NCBI GenBank assembly: GCA_037305845.1
Contig: CP147778.1
Location: forward strand, 3,168,001-3,232,000
Direction: 5' to 3'
Length of the DNA stretch: 64,000 nt
Source: Candidatus Freyarchaeum deiterrae
GTDB lineage: Archaea; Asgardarchaeota; Jordiarchaeia; Jordiarchaeales; Jordiarchaeaceae
Shown here: piece after piece, positions 41,282 to 52,378 of the stretch
How positions within the stretch are numbered: the stretch's first letter is position 1
How the letters are laid out: the number at the start of each line of letters is the position of its first letter
Translations under genes and position numbers: made by a program
The notes under the pieces: generated by a model
The model's database searches: none
The model's input: only the letters and a program-made list of their open reading frames with translations
What the model was told of the DNA's origin: nothing

Positions 41282-41911
41282 TTAAACACCCACCCATTTC
41301 TTGGCTATTGCCACCGCCTCCATGGCGTCTTTTCCGTAGGCGTCGGCATCTACATATTTTCTTATGGTTTCATCCATCTGGCCTCCGCCGATTATTATCT
41401 TCGCCTTGTCTCTCAGTCCAGCTTTCTTGATTTCATTTATGGTTTCCTTCATGGAATCATAAGCCAGAGTTAAGAATCCGCTCAGAGCCACGATTTTCGT
41501 TTTGGTTTCCTTGATTTTCTCTACGAACTTTTCTTTGGGAACATCGACCCCGAGGTCGACGACCTCAAAGCCATTTGCCTCCAGCATGAATTTCACGATA
41601 TCCTTGCCTATGTCGTGTATGTCTCCGGCTACAGTTCCCAGAACAATTTTTCCTATACTCTTGACCTTAGCACCATCCTTGAGTTTCGGTTTTATGATTT
41701 CGGTTATCTGTCTCAGGATTTCACCCGACATAATTAAATCCGGGAGGAAGAACTCTTTGTCCTCAAACTTTTTCCCCACCATCGTCATTGCGGTTCTGAC
41801 TTGATCCAATATTTTCAGGGGATCTTCTCCAGCTTTAACCTTTTTCTGAACCAGCTCCACAGCTTCCTTCTCATTGAGGTCCAGGATTAAATCCGCCAAC
41901 TCCTTAGGCAA
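41282..41911 (-). CDS. Corrinoid (cobalamin-binding) protein
   Basis: GTVAGDIHDIGK, DLGVDVP, IIGG; N-terminal cap domain. Confidence 0.95.
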   Translation of the reverse strand: MPKELADLILDLNEKEAVELVQKKVKAGEDPLKILDQVRTAMTMVGKKFEDKEFFLPDLIMSGEILRQITEIIKPKLKDGAKVKSIGKIVLGTVAGDIHDIGKDIVKFMLEANGFEVVDLGVDVPKEKFVEKIKETKTKIVALSGFLTLAYDSMKETINEIKKAGLRDKAKIIIGGGQMDETIRKYVDADAYGKDAMEAVAIAKKWVGV

Positions 41912-42190
41912 AACAATTCCTCCATTAACATGTATTCCCAAAAATTCTTATCATGCAATTGAAGTTTTCTAACTAAAATGAGGATTCTCCTTTATATACT
42001 TTATTTTAATATTTTTTTACAAAAATTCGAACTTATCGTATTTTTCTAAAATCGGAAGGGTTATCATTCTTCGGAAGGATTTTATCTGCAAATTTTCGAA
42101 ATTTCAAACTAATTCTTTTTGTTTCATTAGTCCACATAATTCGAATTTGTAAACTAAAAAAGAGATTAAAGAAAAATATTATAATGGGTC

Positions 42191-43816
42191 TTAGCCCATG
42201 AGGATGTCCTTGTACTGTTCTTTGAGAGCCTTCTTGTTGAATTTGCCGACACTAGTTTTGGGAAGGCTGTCTACGAAAACTACCTTATCAGGGAGCCACC
42301 AGTCGGGAATCCTATCCGACTTACTTTTCAGAAAGTCGATGATGTCCTTCTCGGTAACTTTGCCCTTTTGGTCTGGTTTGGGTACAATTAGGATCAGTGG
42401 TCTTTCTTCCCACTTCTGGTGTTTAACACCAATGACACAAGCTTCCATGACCGCCGGATGCTGACTGGTAACATTCTCAAGTGTCAATGTGGAAATCCAC
42501 TCGCCACCGCTCTTTATAACGTCCTTGGTCCGGTCTCTAATCAGGATGTATCCTTCCCCATCGATTGTTGCGATGTCTCCGGTGTGCATCCATCCGCCCT
42601 CCCACAGGTCTCTTGTCTTGTCCTTGTCCTTGTAGTATTCTGTTGTGAGCCAAGGGGCTCTTACTACGATTTCTCCCATTGTTTTGCCGTCTCTTGGAAT
42701 GTTTTCCATGTTTTCGTTAACTACTCTGATTCTTGTTAGGGGTACTGGTAATCCGGTTGTAATCCATCTGCTTATTTTTTCTTCTTTGGGCAGATTCGCG
42801 TCCCAGCTTCTGAGGTATGCCTGTGTGAGTGTTGGGTAGCTTTCTGTTAGTCCGTATGCGGCGAATATTCTCATTCCGTAGTTCCATCCCTGTTCTGCTA
42901 GACCTCTGGGTAGTGCTGAGCCGCCGATGAAGCATTTGAATCCATTTAGTTGAGGTATTGCTTCCTTAAAGTTGGGGGCCCACATCATCAGTATTAGTAG
43001 TGTGGGTATGAATGCTGACACTGTGCATTTTTCCTTTACCACCAAGTTAACCAGCATGACCGGGTCGTATTTGCCTGGGAATACTTGTTTCAATCCGAAC
43101 ATCGCGGCAGAGTAGGGTAGCCCCCAGGCGTGTACATGGAATAGTGGGGTTATATTCAGCAGTACGTCGTTGGTCCCAATTCCCCAGAACTGTCCCGAGC
43201 ATGCAGATTGCACTAAAGTGTGCAGAACGCCTTGTCTGTGTGTGAAGACGCATCCTTTGGGTAGGCCGGTGGTTCCTGTGGTGTAACACATTGTTGCCGG
43301 GGTATTTTCGTCTAGGTCGGGATACTCGTAGTCTGCTGATGCGGATTCGTGCAGCTCGTTATAGTTTTGTACGTTTTTGATTTTGGTGGTTGGGATTTCT
43401 TTGGTGTCGTTTATCATTATGTAATGTTTTACGCTTTTCAATTTGGGTGCTATGGCCTCTATTAGAGGTTGGAAGTCTTGGTTGAAGATGAGCACTTTGT
43501 CTTGTGCGTGGTTTACTACGTATTGAGCTTCCTCTACAGAGAGTCGGGGATTACCCTCATGCAGAATTGCTCCCATACAGGGAACACTAAAGTAGAGGTC
43601 GAAGAACTGATAAGTGTTCCAGTCGAAGCATACCACTTTATCCCCCTGCTTTACTCCTAGTTCCTCCAACATGTTTGAGGATTTTTTAACCCTGTTGTAC
43701 ATCTCTTTGTGAGTGTACCTATAAGTGTCTCTATACACGATTTCAGTCTTCGGAAATACTTCTACACAGTGTTCTAAAACGTATTTGAATATTAGAGGAA
43801 AATTATACGCCATCAA
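42191..43816 (-). CDS. Fatty acid--CoA ligase (AlkK/DmdB-like)
   Basis: YTTGTTGLPKG, PLFHVHAWG, YGLTE, HTGD, DR.KDVIKSGGEWIS, KTSVGK. Confidence 0.92.
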   Translation of the reverse strand: MMAYNFPLIFKYVLEHCVEVFPKTEIVYRDTYRYTHKEMYNRVKKSSNMLEELGVKQGDKVVCFDWNTYQFFDLYFSVPCMGAILHEGNPRLSVEEAQYVVNHAQDKVLIFNQDFQPLIEAIAPKLKSVKHYIMINDTKEIPTTKIKNVQNYNELHESASADYEYPDLDENTPATMCYTTGTTGLPKGCVFTHRQGVLHTLVQSACSGQFWGIGTNDVLLNITPLFHVHAWGLPYSAAMFGLKQVFPGKYDPVMLVNLVVKEKCTVSAFIPTLLILMMWAPNFKEAIPQLNGFKCFIGGSALPRGLAEQGWNYGMRIFAAYGLTESYPTLTQAYLRSWDANLPKEEKISRWITTGLPVPLTRIRVVNENMENIPRDGKTMGEIVVRAPWLTTEYYKDKDKTRDLWEGGWMHTGDIATIDGEGYILIRDRTKDVIKSGGEWISTLTLENVTSQHPAVMEACVIGVKHQKWEERPLILIVPKPDQKGKVTEKDIIDFLKSKSDRIPDWWLPDKVVFVDSLPKTSVGKFNKKALKEQYKDILMG

Positions 43817-44080
43817 AACACTCCCTTTCTTATTTTCCTCTCGTTTAAATTTTTATTACTGTAAAACACATAACTAATATATTAAATTGCCTATACATGA
43901 TAACTAATTACAATTAACAAAATGAATTTGCTCATTTTTATTTTTTATGAGCCACAAGATAGTGCACACGCATTTTTTCCAGTACAGGTAATCTCTACGA
44001 AACCCAAGCTGACTTTGAATCTAATCTGGAACTTTGATAATAGAAAAACAGGAAGATACGGAACAGAGACGCATCTACGT

Positions 44081-44848
44081 TTAGACCTCCCATATTCTCC
44101 CTCTGCAATCAGGCTCATCGAATTGGTCTAGCGCGTAGTCGAAGTGTTTTCTTGTGATGATTTCTGTAACCGCGTTGCCGAGCATTAGAATTATGCACTG
44201 CAAACCCCCGACCATACGTGATATACCCTCATCCACGAAAGCCAAGCAAGTCTCCTTGTACACACAATTAGAGACTACCGCATTCACTTCATTTTTTCCC
44301 TCCACTCTAATATAACGAACTCGTTGAACCTGTCCTGCTTTAATAGTAGACAACGCCTTAGCTGCGACTGCATCCTTAAGTTTGGCATCATAAGCCTTAT
44401 TTGCTTCCAATACATCTTCGGTGGCTCCAATTAAACTATTTAGCAGGCCAGCAGCCTCGAGCATGTTTCTTATACCGCCATAAGCGGCTCTTCTAGAGCC
44501 TGACGACCCGGCGTAGCCCTGAAGCTTGCTCTCCGCTTTGCCGATGCCGTAGACTAGGGAGCAGTGTCCTCTGGGGTACCGGTTCAGATTAGCCACTATG
44601 TAGTTTGTTACTTCCTCCAATCCTCGGACATTTTCTGGCGGCTCCTCTTTCAGCATCCTCGATTCGAACTCCAGTGCGTGCTCCGAGACCATCCGCGTGT
44701 AGATGGGGCCGTAAATCTTCGCGGTCTCCAAAATAGATCCTTTAGTCAGATATATATACGCTAGGCTTTCGAGCTCTCCCTCTATGATACATTCATTTTT
44801 AGAATTAATCATACTTTCAGATTTAGGCAAATTTTCAGGTTTAGACAT
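44081..44848 (-). CDS. Distant member of the 4-Cys V4R-like family
   Basis: YGPIY, YPRGHC..YG..KAESKLQG, CVYKETC...QC...FDY...FDEPDC. Confidence 0.8.
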   Translation of the reverse strand: MSKPENLPKSESMINSKNECIIEGELESLAYIYLTKGSILETAKIYGPIYTRMVSEHALEFESRMLKEEPPENVRGLEEVTNYIVANLNRYPRGHCSLVYGIGKAESKLQGYAGSSGSRRAAYGGIRNMLEAAGLLNSLIGATEDVLEANKAYDAKLKDAVAAKALSTIKAGQVQRVRYIRVEGKNEVNAVVSNCVYKETCLAFVDEGISRMVGGLQCIILMLGNAVTEIITRKHFDYALDQFDEPDCRGRIWEV

Positions 44849-45172
44849 GGGAATATACCTCAGATATTTAAATTATTATATTTCCTCATAATTGAGGTTC
44901 CGGACACAGAGAATATGATATGATTGAGTATAAACCGTTTTTTTAATTCATATGAGTCGCACGCCTGAGTATATCCTATTTACAATTTTGTCATTGTGGT
45001 CATTTATTATTAGAGTATTATATTTTAAAAAGGTTTACTCATTAAAAATAGCTTCAAAAAATTTTTCTAAAATGTGCCTAGTCCAGAAAAACAAAAAAAT
45101 CTTTGTCTCCTTTTCGTGGAGAAAATTTAAAGGGGAAAAACAGAAAGAAATGAGAGACGGACCTATATATGC

Positions 45173-45868
45173 TTAGACTTCGAATATTTTACCTCTGCAA
45201 TCAGGCTCATTGAATCCGTCCAGTTTGTAGTCGAAGATTTTTTTCGTGATAATCTCCACACCGGCGTTGATGAGCATTAGAGATACGCATTCCCAACCTC
45301 CGACCAAACGTGATAATTTCTCTTTTACGAGAGATATGCAGGCTTCCTTGTACGGGCAACCATGAACAACCAGAGTTAATTGATTGTTCTCTCCCCTAGT
45401 AAAGCGCATAGGGATAACTATTTTAGTTACATCAAATATTAAAGTCGACCTTTTGCAGGATTCGAATGCATCTTCAGTGGTCCCATCATATTTTTTTAAC
45501 ATACCTGTGATCTCAAGTATGGATTTCATAGAACTATAGGCGGCTCTCTTGGCTCCAGGTCCACTGAAACCTTGGAGCTTGCTCTCCGCTTTGAAGATGC
45601 CATAGATTAGGGAGCAGTGCCCTCTGGGATACCGGTTCAGATTTTTTATGATGTAGTCGTTTACTGCCTCCAGTCCCTGGATATCTTCGGATGGCTTCTC
45701 TTTAAGCATCCTCGACTCAAAATCCAGTGCGTATAAGGAGGCCATACGTTTGAAGATGGGACCGTAAAACTTTACAGCTGCCTCGACTGCAATTTTTGTG
45801 AAAATTATACCTGTCTTACTATCGAACTCACCTACTACGGTGATTTCATTTTTATTGCTTTCCGACAA
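45173..45868 (-). CDS. Distant member of the 4-Cys V4R-like family
   Basis: YGPIF, KAESKLQG, CPYKEAC...EC...FDY...FNEPDC; tandem paralog of 44081. Confidence 0.8.
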   Translation of the reverse strand: MSESNKNEITVVGEFDSKTGIIFTKIAVEAAVKFYGPIFKRMASLYALDFESRMLKEKPSEDIQGLEAVNDYIIKNLNRYPRGHCSLIYGIFKAESKLQGFSGPGAKRAAYSSMKSILEITGMLKKYDGTTEDAFESCKRSTLIFDVTKIVIPMRFTRGENNQLTLVVHGCPYKEACISLVKEKLSRLVGGWECVSLMLINAGVEIITKKIFDYKLDGFNEPDCRGKIFEV

Positions 45869-46202
45869 AAATATACACCTGCAGTATACTAAGTTATACA
45901 TTCTCTGCATTGGGTTGTTGGATATGATTTTTTAATCTTATCTAATATTATATTCTATTTTGACAAATTTAAATTTTAGTATCTGAAAAATTACAAATTA
46001 ATTGATTCTTTGCGAAATTTTACTATATCTTAGGTAGGGTTAGAGTTGAATTTACCTGAAAAACGTGTACAGAACTAGTCTATTATAATAAAAGGGTAGA
46101 GGAAGTAGCTGCAAATCGAGAGAAATTTATTTGGTTTTATTTAGGATGTCGAATCGTAAAATGATTCATTCTTTTAAACCTGCTCTTTTCTCTGTTTCAT
46201 AG

Positions 46203-46763
46203 TTACTTAAAGTCTCCTTTAATCCAGTTAGGAGGTATCTGCTCATTTTCGTTCTCTAAAATACGCAATGCTTTGGCAACTTTTGTTCTGATTGCAATGC
46301 TTTTATCATTTTGAAAAGTCTTTATCCTGCTACTAATTTCTCCCTTTTTTTTCATGTTTTTTCTGCCAATAATAGTGAGACTGACTATTGCCCAGCTTTT
46401 CACAAAAACGCTATCTTCTTTCAAAAGACGGAACAAAGCTGAAACAACTGTGTCAGTTTCTTTTTCTGAGAACGTCATATTTCCAAATATCATAGCGAGG
46501 TGCCATTTAACCATAGGAACCGTATCTGTATCCGCCAGTTCGATGAATCGAGAAGTGAGTCCTTGCAACAATTCTGGTTTTGTTCGGGAAATTCTTTCTA
46601 AAGCATGGACTGTTCTCGCGCGTATCACATCATCAGACTCACTCAACCCCTCAACTAACTTATCCAGTAGCAGCGGATTCCTGATTACTTCATCTGCCAC
46701 TTCATCGCCCCTGCCGTCTGAGCGAAGGTCACCACCAGTCAGCTTTTCCAAGAGTTCATTCAT
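46203..46763 (-). CDS. HEAT-repeat-like protein
   Basis: GGDLRS start; D..IR...ALE helical repeats. Confidence 0.7.
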   Translation of the reverse strand: MNELLEKLTGGDLRSDGRGDEVADEVIRNPLLLDKLVEGLSESDDVIRARTVHALERISRTKPELLQGLTSRFIELADTDTVPMVKWHLAMIFGNMTFSEKETDTVVSALFRLLKEDSVFVKSWAIVSLTIIGRKNMKKKGEISSRIKTFQNDKSIAIRTKVAKALRILENENEQIPPNWIKGDFK

Positions 46764-46933
46764 CGTATCCCTCAAATATTGACATTGCTTAAAGTCGAAT
46801 AAATATAATCCTCTTTTTCGCCGGAATTCGTTCTCTTAATATTTTATACTCGATACTCATATTTAATGTCTGGCACTTTAAAAAGCCTTAATTAATCTTC
46901 TAAACATATTAGAGGTTTGAGGAGGTGTTTTTT

Positions 46934-47455
46934 TTGAAAATTCTGGTAACTTACTTCACTATGAGTGGTAATACTGAAAAGATTGCCAAAGCTATTTATG
47001 AGGAGGCTTCAAAAAAACATGAGACGGATTTGAAGAAGATAAATGAAGTAAACGCAGCCGCCTTTAACCAGTATGACTTCATTTTTGTTGGAACCCCTGC
47101 TCATGCTGGTGATTTAGCAGCTCCCGTTAAGGAAATCATGAATTCACTACCCAAATCACCCAAGTATAAGCTCGCCGGATTCATTACCCACATGTCCGAA
47201 ATTTGGCAAAAACAAGGACACGATTCAGTTAGAGTTGCCTTCGAAAAAATATGCAAAGAAAAAGGAATCAACTACAGGGGAACTTATAATTGCCAGGGTA
47301 ACCCTGATCCTAATGTTGCAAAAATGGTAAAAGAGGCTCGAAAAATTCCTGACGACGAGTTTAACAAATACATGGAAGAAGCGAAAAAACATCCGAGTCT
47401 CGAAGATGAGCAAAACGCTAAGAAATTTGCCAAAAAGGTACTATCTCAGAAATAA
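46934..47455 (+). CDS. Flavodoxin family protein
   Basis: YFTMSGNTEKIA, FVGTP, AGFITH, HPS.ED. Confidence 0.9.
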   Translation: MKILVTYFTMSGNTEKIAKAIYEEASKKHETDLKKINEVNAAAFNQYDFIFVGTPAHAGDLAAPVKEIMNSLPKSPKYKLAGFITHMSEIWQKQGHDSVRVAFEKICKEKGINYRGTYNCQGNPDPNVAKMVKEARKIPDDEFNKYMEEAKKHPSLEDEQNAKKFAKKVLSQK

Positions 47456-47552
47456 TTCTTTTTTTTGAATTTTTTTTGTGTAGAATTACTCTGTAAATTT
47501 AAAAAGAATTGAGATTGTTAGATGAAATGCTTGGGATTGTTATGCTAAGTAA

Positions 47553-48614
47553 TTAGCAGTACTTTTCTCTGTGTTTGGGAGGAAACTCGTCGAATATTTT
47601 CTGCGCTTTATCTGGGGGGAGGACGAGTATGTCACCGTTTTCACGCTGGAGTACGCATCCGGAATTTGTAAGGATGCGATAGTTTTCACGTGTATCCTCA
47701 GGATTGCCCCAACAAATGCTTTGGCACATTCCGCAGGTGGCCCGAATATTTACTCCCGGCGCCGCTTGGTTTTCAAAACCCCCAGGGCCATCTGTTCTCT
47801 CCGGCCATTCTTTATACTGCGAAATCGCGCGTACTAATACGGAGGCGAGTTCTTTATCGTCTTCCGGAATATTGAAACGGCCCGGAGACCAAGTGGACCA
47901 TTTGCCGCTCTTGTTTAAACCCGTGAAACCTCCACACACGAATTGGCATCGCATAATGTTTCTACGCATACTGTATGAAAAGATGACACCACCCATAGTG
48001 ACGGAGGTTTCTTTTTCTCTATCAAACATTCCCGCAGTGCAGGCTGATACACATAACTTGCACTTATTGCAGAAGGATTCTTCAGGAGGGAGCGGATCAG
48101 TTGGTTCAAGTTCCGCGGCGGTGACCACTGTGCCGAGTTCAAGGGTAGTACCATAATTTTTAATTCCAACATTACCTGACCAGCCGAATGATCCCACGCC
48201 CGAACGTACAGCGATATAGCGATGGGAGAGAATCGGAGGCATTGTGAGAAACCAGCCGTGCACCTCTTTACGATAATTATTGTTTGATAACACCCTTTTC
48301 GATGCAAATCCCTTATCCTCTAGCCATTTTGCAAGTTCTTTAGAAATCTGAGATGATTTTTCTTCGAGTGCAAACACTTCGCTTTCGTGTCCTATGAAGT
48401 CTTTTTTACTTAAAAAGTCACGGATTTTTTTACGATCAAGTGGTAGAGCATAGCTGATTGCCGACTGCGCTTCAGGTAGAACATAGGTGAGGTTCACACT
48501 TGGAGGTCCGCCAGCTAGCGTAGCGAGAGTAGCAAAACCTACTCTTATTGCACCCCGCTCATACAAGAACTTTTCAATCTGCCTGTTAAGATTTGTTACA
48601 GTTTTCGTGGTCAT
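47553..48614 (-). CDS. QueG/reductive dehalogenase-like cobalamin and 4Fe-4S protein
   Basis: SHRYIAVRSGVGSFGWSG, CNKCKLCVSACT, C...CGG, CGMCQSIC. Confidence 0.8.
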   Translation of the reverse strand: MTTKTVTNLNRQIEKFLYERGAIRVGFATLATLAGGPPSVNLTYVLPEAQSAISYALPLDRKKIRDFLSKKDFIGHESEVFALEEKSSQISKELAKWLEDKGFASKRVLSNNNYRKEVHGWFLTMPPILSHRYIAVRSGVGSFGWSGNVGIKNYGTTLELGTVVTAAELEPTDPLPPEESFCNKCKLCVSACTAGMFDREKETSVTMGGVIFSYSMRRNIMRCQFVCGGFTGLNKSGKWSTWSPGRFNIPEDDKELASVLVRAISQYKEWPERTDGPGGFENQAAPGVNIRATCGMCQSICWGNPEDTRENYRILTNSGCVLQRENGDILVLPPDKAQKIFDEFPPKHREKYC

Positions 48615-49027
48615 AATACTCCAATCCAAAACATATTAATTACCAGATTCGACAGCTTCCTAGCGGTCCTATAAGCAATAAATTTTGATTTATTATTCCA
48701 GTCGTTTCACAGCACTTTAAGTTATTCATCCTGTTCCCTTTTATAAATAAAAGAGTTGAAACTTTGCTAAACAATTGGGTTTTCAAAGGAAAAACGGACG
48801 GAGTATATTCTCGTACGTTTATTGTTGATGAGGCTCAACTTATGGATGAGGCTTTCCAAAAAGGGAATGTAAAAGTTATTTTTACTCTATGCAGTGGAGA
48901 CTATCCAATTTACAATTACTGCGAGGTACACCGGCGTAGTAACTTAATACACATATTAATGTCTAGTACCCTAAAAAAACCTTTAATTAATACTCTAAAC
49001 ATATTACTGCTTTGAGGAGGTTTTAGT

Positions 49028-49555
49028 TTGAAAATTCTAATCACTTACTACAGTCTAACTGGTAACACGGAGAAGATTGCTAAAGTTATTTATGACGAGA
49101 TTTCAAAAAAACACAGAACCGACATTAAAAAAATAGAGCAAATTACTCCAGATACTTTGTACAAGTATGATCTAGTTTTTTTGGGCACCCCCTGTTACAA
49201 TGGCGATTTAGCGGGTCCCGTTAAAAAAAATTTAAACTCTCTTCATAACTCTCCAAAATTTAAGCTTGCGGGATTCTTTACTCACTATTCACCACTTTGG
49301 TCCAAAGAGGAGTGCGATAAATGCGGAGCTTCCCTCCAAAATATAAGCAAACAAAAACAAATCGATTACAAGGGAACCTTCGATTCTCAAGGTTTCCCAA
49401 CATTTTCACCCGAGTATGCAGAAAAAATAAAACAGACTAGAAAAATGAGCGAGGAGGAATTCGAAAAAATCGTAGAGGAAGCCAGAAAACATCCAAGTCC
49501 CGAGGACGAGGAAAAGGCTAGAGAATTCGCCCAAATTGTATTAACCAAAAAATAA
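49028..49555 (+). CDS. Flavodoxin family protein (paralog of 46934)
   Basis: YYSLTGNTEKIA, FLGTP, AGFFTH, HPSPED. Confidence 0.9.
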   Translation: MKILITYYSLTGNTEKIAKVIYDEISKKHRTDIKKIEQITPDTLYKYDLVFLGTPCYNGDLAGPVKKNLNSLHNSPKFKLAGFFTHYSPLWSKEECDKCGASLQNISKQKQIDYKGTFDSQGFPTFSPEYAEKIKQTRKMSEEEFEKIVEEARKHPSPEDEEKAREFAQIVLTKK

Positions 49556-49784
49556 CAATTTTCTCACTCTGACGATTTGTAGAAAAAATTTTTGGAAAAA
49601 AGAGAAAAATTGCGCGAAGCCAATTAAGAATCAAATTCGGTGTTTAATCTGTTTATTACTCTATTCTAAATCTTCTTTTTTTAGAGTCTATCCTATTAGG
49701 CAGTAAAGTTTGTTAAAGGTGTCAAAGCTTTTTTCCAGATATTTCACGTAAGTGTCAAAGTTCTACTTTGCTCATGATTAATTT

Positions 49785-52142
49785 TCAAAATTCGGTGCGA
49801 GAGATTATCTCGTCTTGAACTCGAGGGTCTAGGTCAACGAATGCTGCTGAAAATCCAGCTACTCTCACCAACAGGTCCTTATATTTCTCGGGATTTTTTT
49901 TAGCTGCAAGGAGAGTTTCTTTGCCCACGAAATTAAACTGTACGTGCATCCCTCCCAAGCTGAAGAAACCCTTGAGGAGAGCGGAGAAGTTTTTAGGCCC
50001 CTCTTTTCCTCTGAAGTAGCCTGGACTAAACTCCAAATTCAAGGCTACACCGTTTGGTGAGAGCTTGTAATCTATCTTTGATGCTGATTTGAGAACCGCT
50101 GTCGGACCCGAGTTCGCCATCCCTTGGGAGGGAGAGATTCCGACCGATAGGGACTCTCCGGCTTTTCTGCCATTCGGGAGTGTTCCTGTTAGCATTCCAA
50201 ATGGGACGTGAGTGGTTGCGGAATAGATGCCAGTCCAGAAATCGCCCCCCCGGTAATTTTTATAATCTTTTATTACATCAGACCACATTTCTACACACCA
50301 TCGCGCATACTCATCGGCTTCGCCGTCGTTCCCATACTTGGGGGCTTTACTCAGCAATTGTCTAAGATTGTCCTGATCCTTGAAATCATTGGCCAAGGCT
50401 TCAAGTAGGGTTTCCATGCTTATTTTCTTCTCTTTAAACACCAGCTTATCTATTGCTGCCAGTGAATCCGCAACCGTAGCAACTCCTACGATTTGAATTC
50501 CGGAAGAGTTGTAAACCGCCCCTCCCTGGGTTACGTCATTTCCACTCTCTAGGCAGCCTTCGGTTAAAGATGAGATAAAAGGATTCGGCCTCTGCTCTGC
50601 GAGGATTTTATCCATAAGGTTTATGCCTTCGACGAACTTTGAAGCGAGGAAATTAACCTGCTCTCTAAAACTCTCCATCAAGTCTTCCATAGTTTCAAAT
50701 TCCCTAGGATTCCTAGTTTCCACTCCAATCCTTATGTTGTTCTTCATCCCTCGGTTCAAAGCCAACTCCAAGGCAAACGCGAGATTAAACAAACCAGCAT
50801 CTCCGCTCGTAAAACTCTTGCCAGGAATCCCGACTTCGACGCAGCCGTTTACCGCATAGTTTAAAGCGTCTTCTCTCTGGATACCTCTTTTCATTAGTGC
50901 TGGAATAGTGATGCCATCGTTGATAAAGTATAGATTAGTCTCTCCACTGACAACCATCTCAGAAACTCTTTCAAGAAATTCTGGAGGAGTGTTTTCATGA
51001 ATTCTAACCCCCAAATTAGGCTGTATGTGACTCCTCTTCCTAGCCTCCAGAGCCAGATATGAAACCTCATTTGTCACATCTTCGCCTTTCTCATCCAATC
51101 CCCCAACAATCACATTCGTGTAAACCGGTAGGCCTCCGAAGAACTGTGTGGTCAGACTATTCCAGAGTGGGATGACCGAGCTTAGCTTCAGAAAGAAGCA
51201 TTCGAGGAGACTCTGAGCGCCCTCTTTAGAGATTTTATCTTTTTCGACATCCGATTTGTAGAAGGGGTAAAGAAGTCTATCTATCCTCCCTACCGAAATG
51301 GAAGCCTCATAATCCTCTATTTGAGCAGCTATTTGGGTGAAGTAAATCGCTTGCAAAGCTTCTTGGAAGGATTCAGCCGGTTTCGCGGGCACCCTTCTGC
51401 ATGTTTTGGCAATATTCTCAAGTTCCTTCCTCCTCCCCGGATCTTTCTCGCTCAACGATAGGGTTTCAGCTTTTTCCGCATAGCGATTTGCGAAATCTAT
51501 CACCGCTTGGCAAGAAATTTTCGCTGCTGCATAAAAATCTCCCTTATCAGGATCACTTTCGGCGAGATACTTATACGCTTCTTTTATGATTCCCTCTAAT
51601 CCATTTTTGAGGACCTTCTCGTAGTTTAAGACTATGTGACCGAATCCCGCTAACTCGGGTATAACAAAAGCCTGACCAGTAAAGTGAATATCTATTAAAT
51701 CCTTTGGCCAGGTTACGAGAGTAATGTTAAGAATGTTCTTGTCGCTCCAGTAGGGAAAAACTTCTTTTCTTAGCTTCTCCACATCCTCCGGTTTTACCAG
51801 AAAAGGATTGGGAACTCGTTTATCCAATTGGTCGAGTTCTCCGTCGAGCCACCCGCCAATAGTCTCAGGATAAATCCCAGCGCCAAGTTCTCTGCTGGTA
51901 ATACTGCCAACTATAAGTTCATCACTCCAAATGTTAACCGGTAGATTAGAAAGTATTTTACGGAGAGCCTTTGCGCGTCTAATAATTACCGGCTCACCTT
52001 CGGTTTCCTTATAACTCTCAGTTATTAATCTAGCTCTTTCGATGCAAACCTCTTTGGGAAGTGATAGCAGTCTGGTTTTCAATTTTTTCGAACGAGATAC
52101 CCCTATACTCTGTGCCTTTTCTTTGGTTTTAAGAGCTTTCAT
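49785..52142 (-). CDS. Glycyl radical enzyme (PFL2/glycerol dehydratase family)
   Basis: GCVE single-Cys loop, PKYGN, RVAGFS glycyl motif; ATG at 52142. Confidence 0.95.
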   Translation of the reverse strand: MKALKTKEKAQSIGVSRSKKLKTRLLSLPKEVCIERARLITESYKETEGEPVIIRRAKALRKILSNLPVNIWSDELIVGSITSRELGAGIYPETIGGWLDGELDQLDKRVPNPFLVKPEDVEKLRKEVFPYWSDKNILNITLVTWPKDLIDIHFTGQAFVIPELAGFGHIVLNYEKVLKNGLEGIIKEAYKYLAESDPDKGDFYAAAKISCQAVIDFANRYAEKAETLSLSEKDPGRRKELENIAKTCRRVPAKPAESFQEALQAIYFTQIAAQIEDYEASISVGRIDRLLYPFYKSDVEKDKISKEGAQSLLECFFLKLSSVIPLWNSLTTQFFGGLPVYTNVIVGGLDEKGEDVTNEVSYLALEARKRSHIQPNLGVRIHENTPPEFLERVSEMVVSGETNLYFINDGITIPALMKRGIQREDALNYAVNGCVEVGIPGKSFTSGDAGLFNLAFALELALNRGMKNNIRIGVETRNPREFETMEDLMESFREQVNFLASKFVEGINLMDKILAEQRPNPFISSLTEGCLESGNDVTQGGAVYNSSGIQIVGVATVADSLAAIDKLVFKEKKISMETLLEALANDFKDQDNLRQLLSKAPKYGNDGEADEYARWCVEMWSDVIKDYKNYRGGDFWTGIYSATTHVPFGMLTGTLPNGRKAGESLSVGISPSQGMANSGPTAVLKSASKIDYKLSPNGVALNLEFSPGYFRGKEGPKNFSALLKGFFSLGGMHVQFNFVGKETLLAAKKNPEKYKDLLVRVAGFSAAFVDLDPRVQDEIISRTEF

Positions 52143-52378
52143 AACCTTTTCTTTCTTTTTATGACATTTAAGAATTGTTGTTCTTGGAAGATGTTTCAAA
52201 AAAGTGGCACATATGTTAAGGAAAAAAATCTTAAAGGTATATATTAAAGCAAAAAGGGTTACCCACAAAATTTATAGTAAATTCAAAGTAATCTTCTTAT
52301 ATCCGTCTTTGATTGAAAATAAATTTATTTGCCTCAGATAATGATTTGCTCACAGGATAAGTTTAGGGTTGCATACTC

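Noticed and set aside
48764-49015. 83-aa ORF with IVDEAQ (Walker B-like)
   Set aside because: No Walker A or RBS; at most a decayed fragment that I cannot support.
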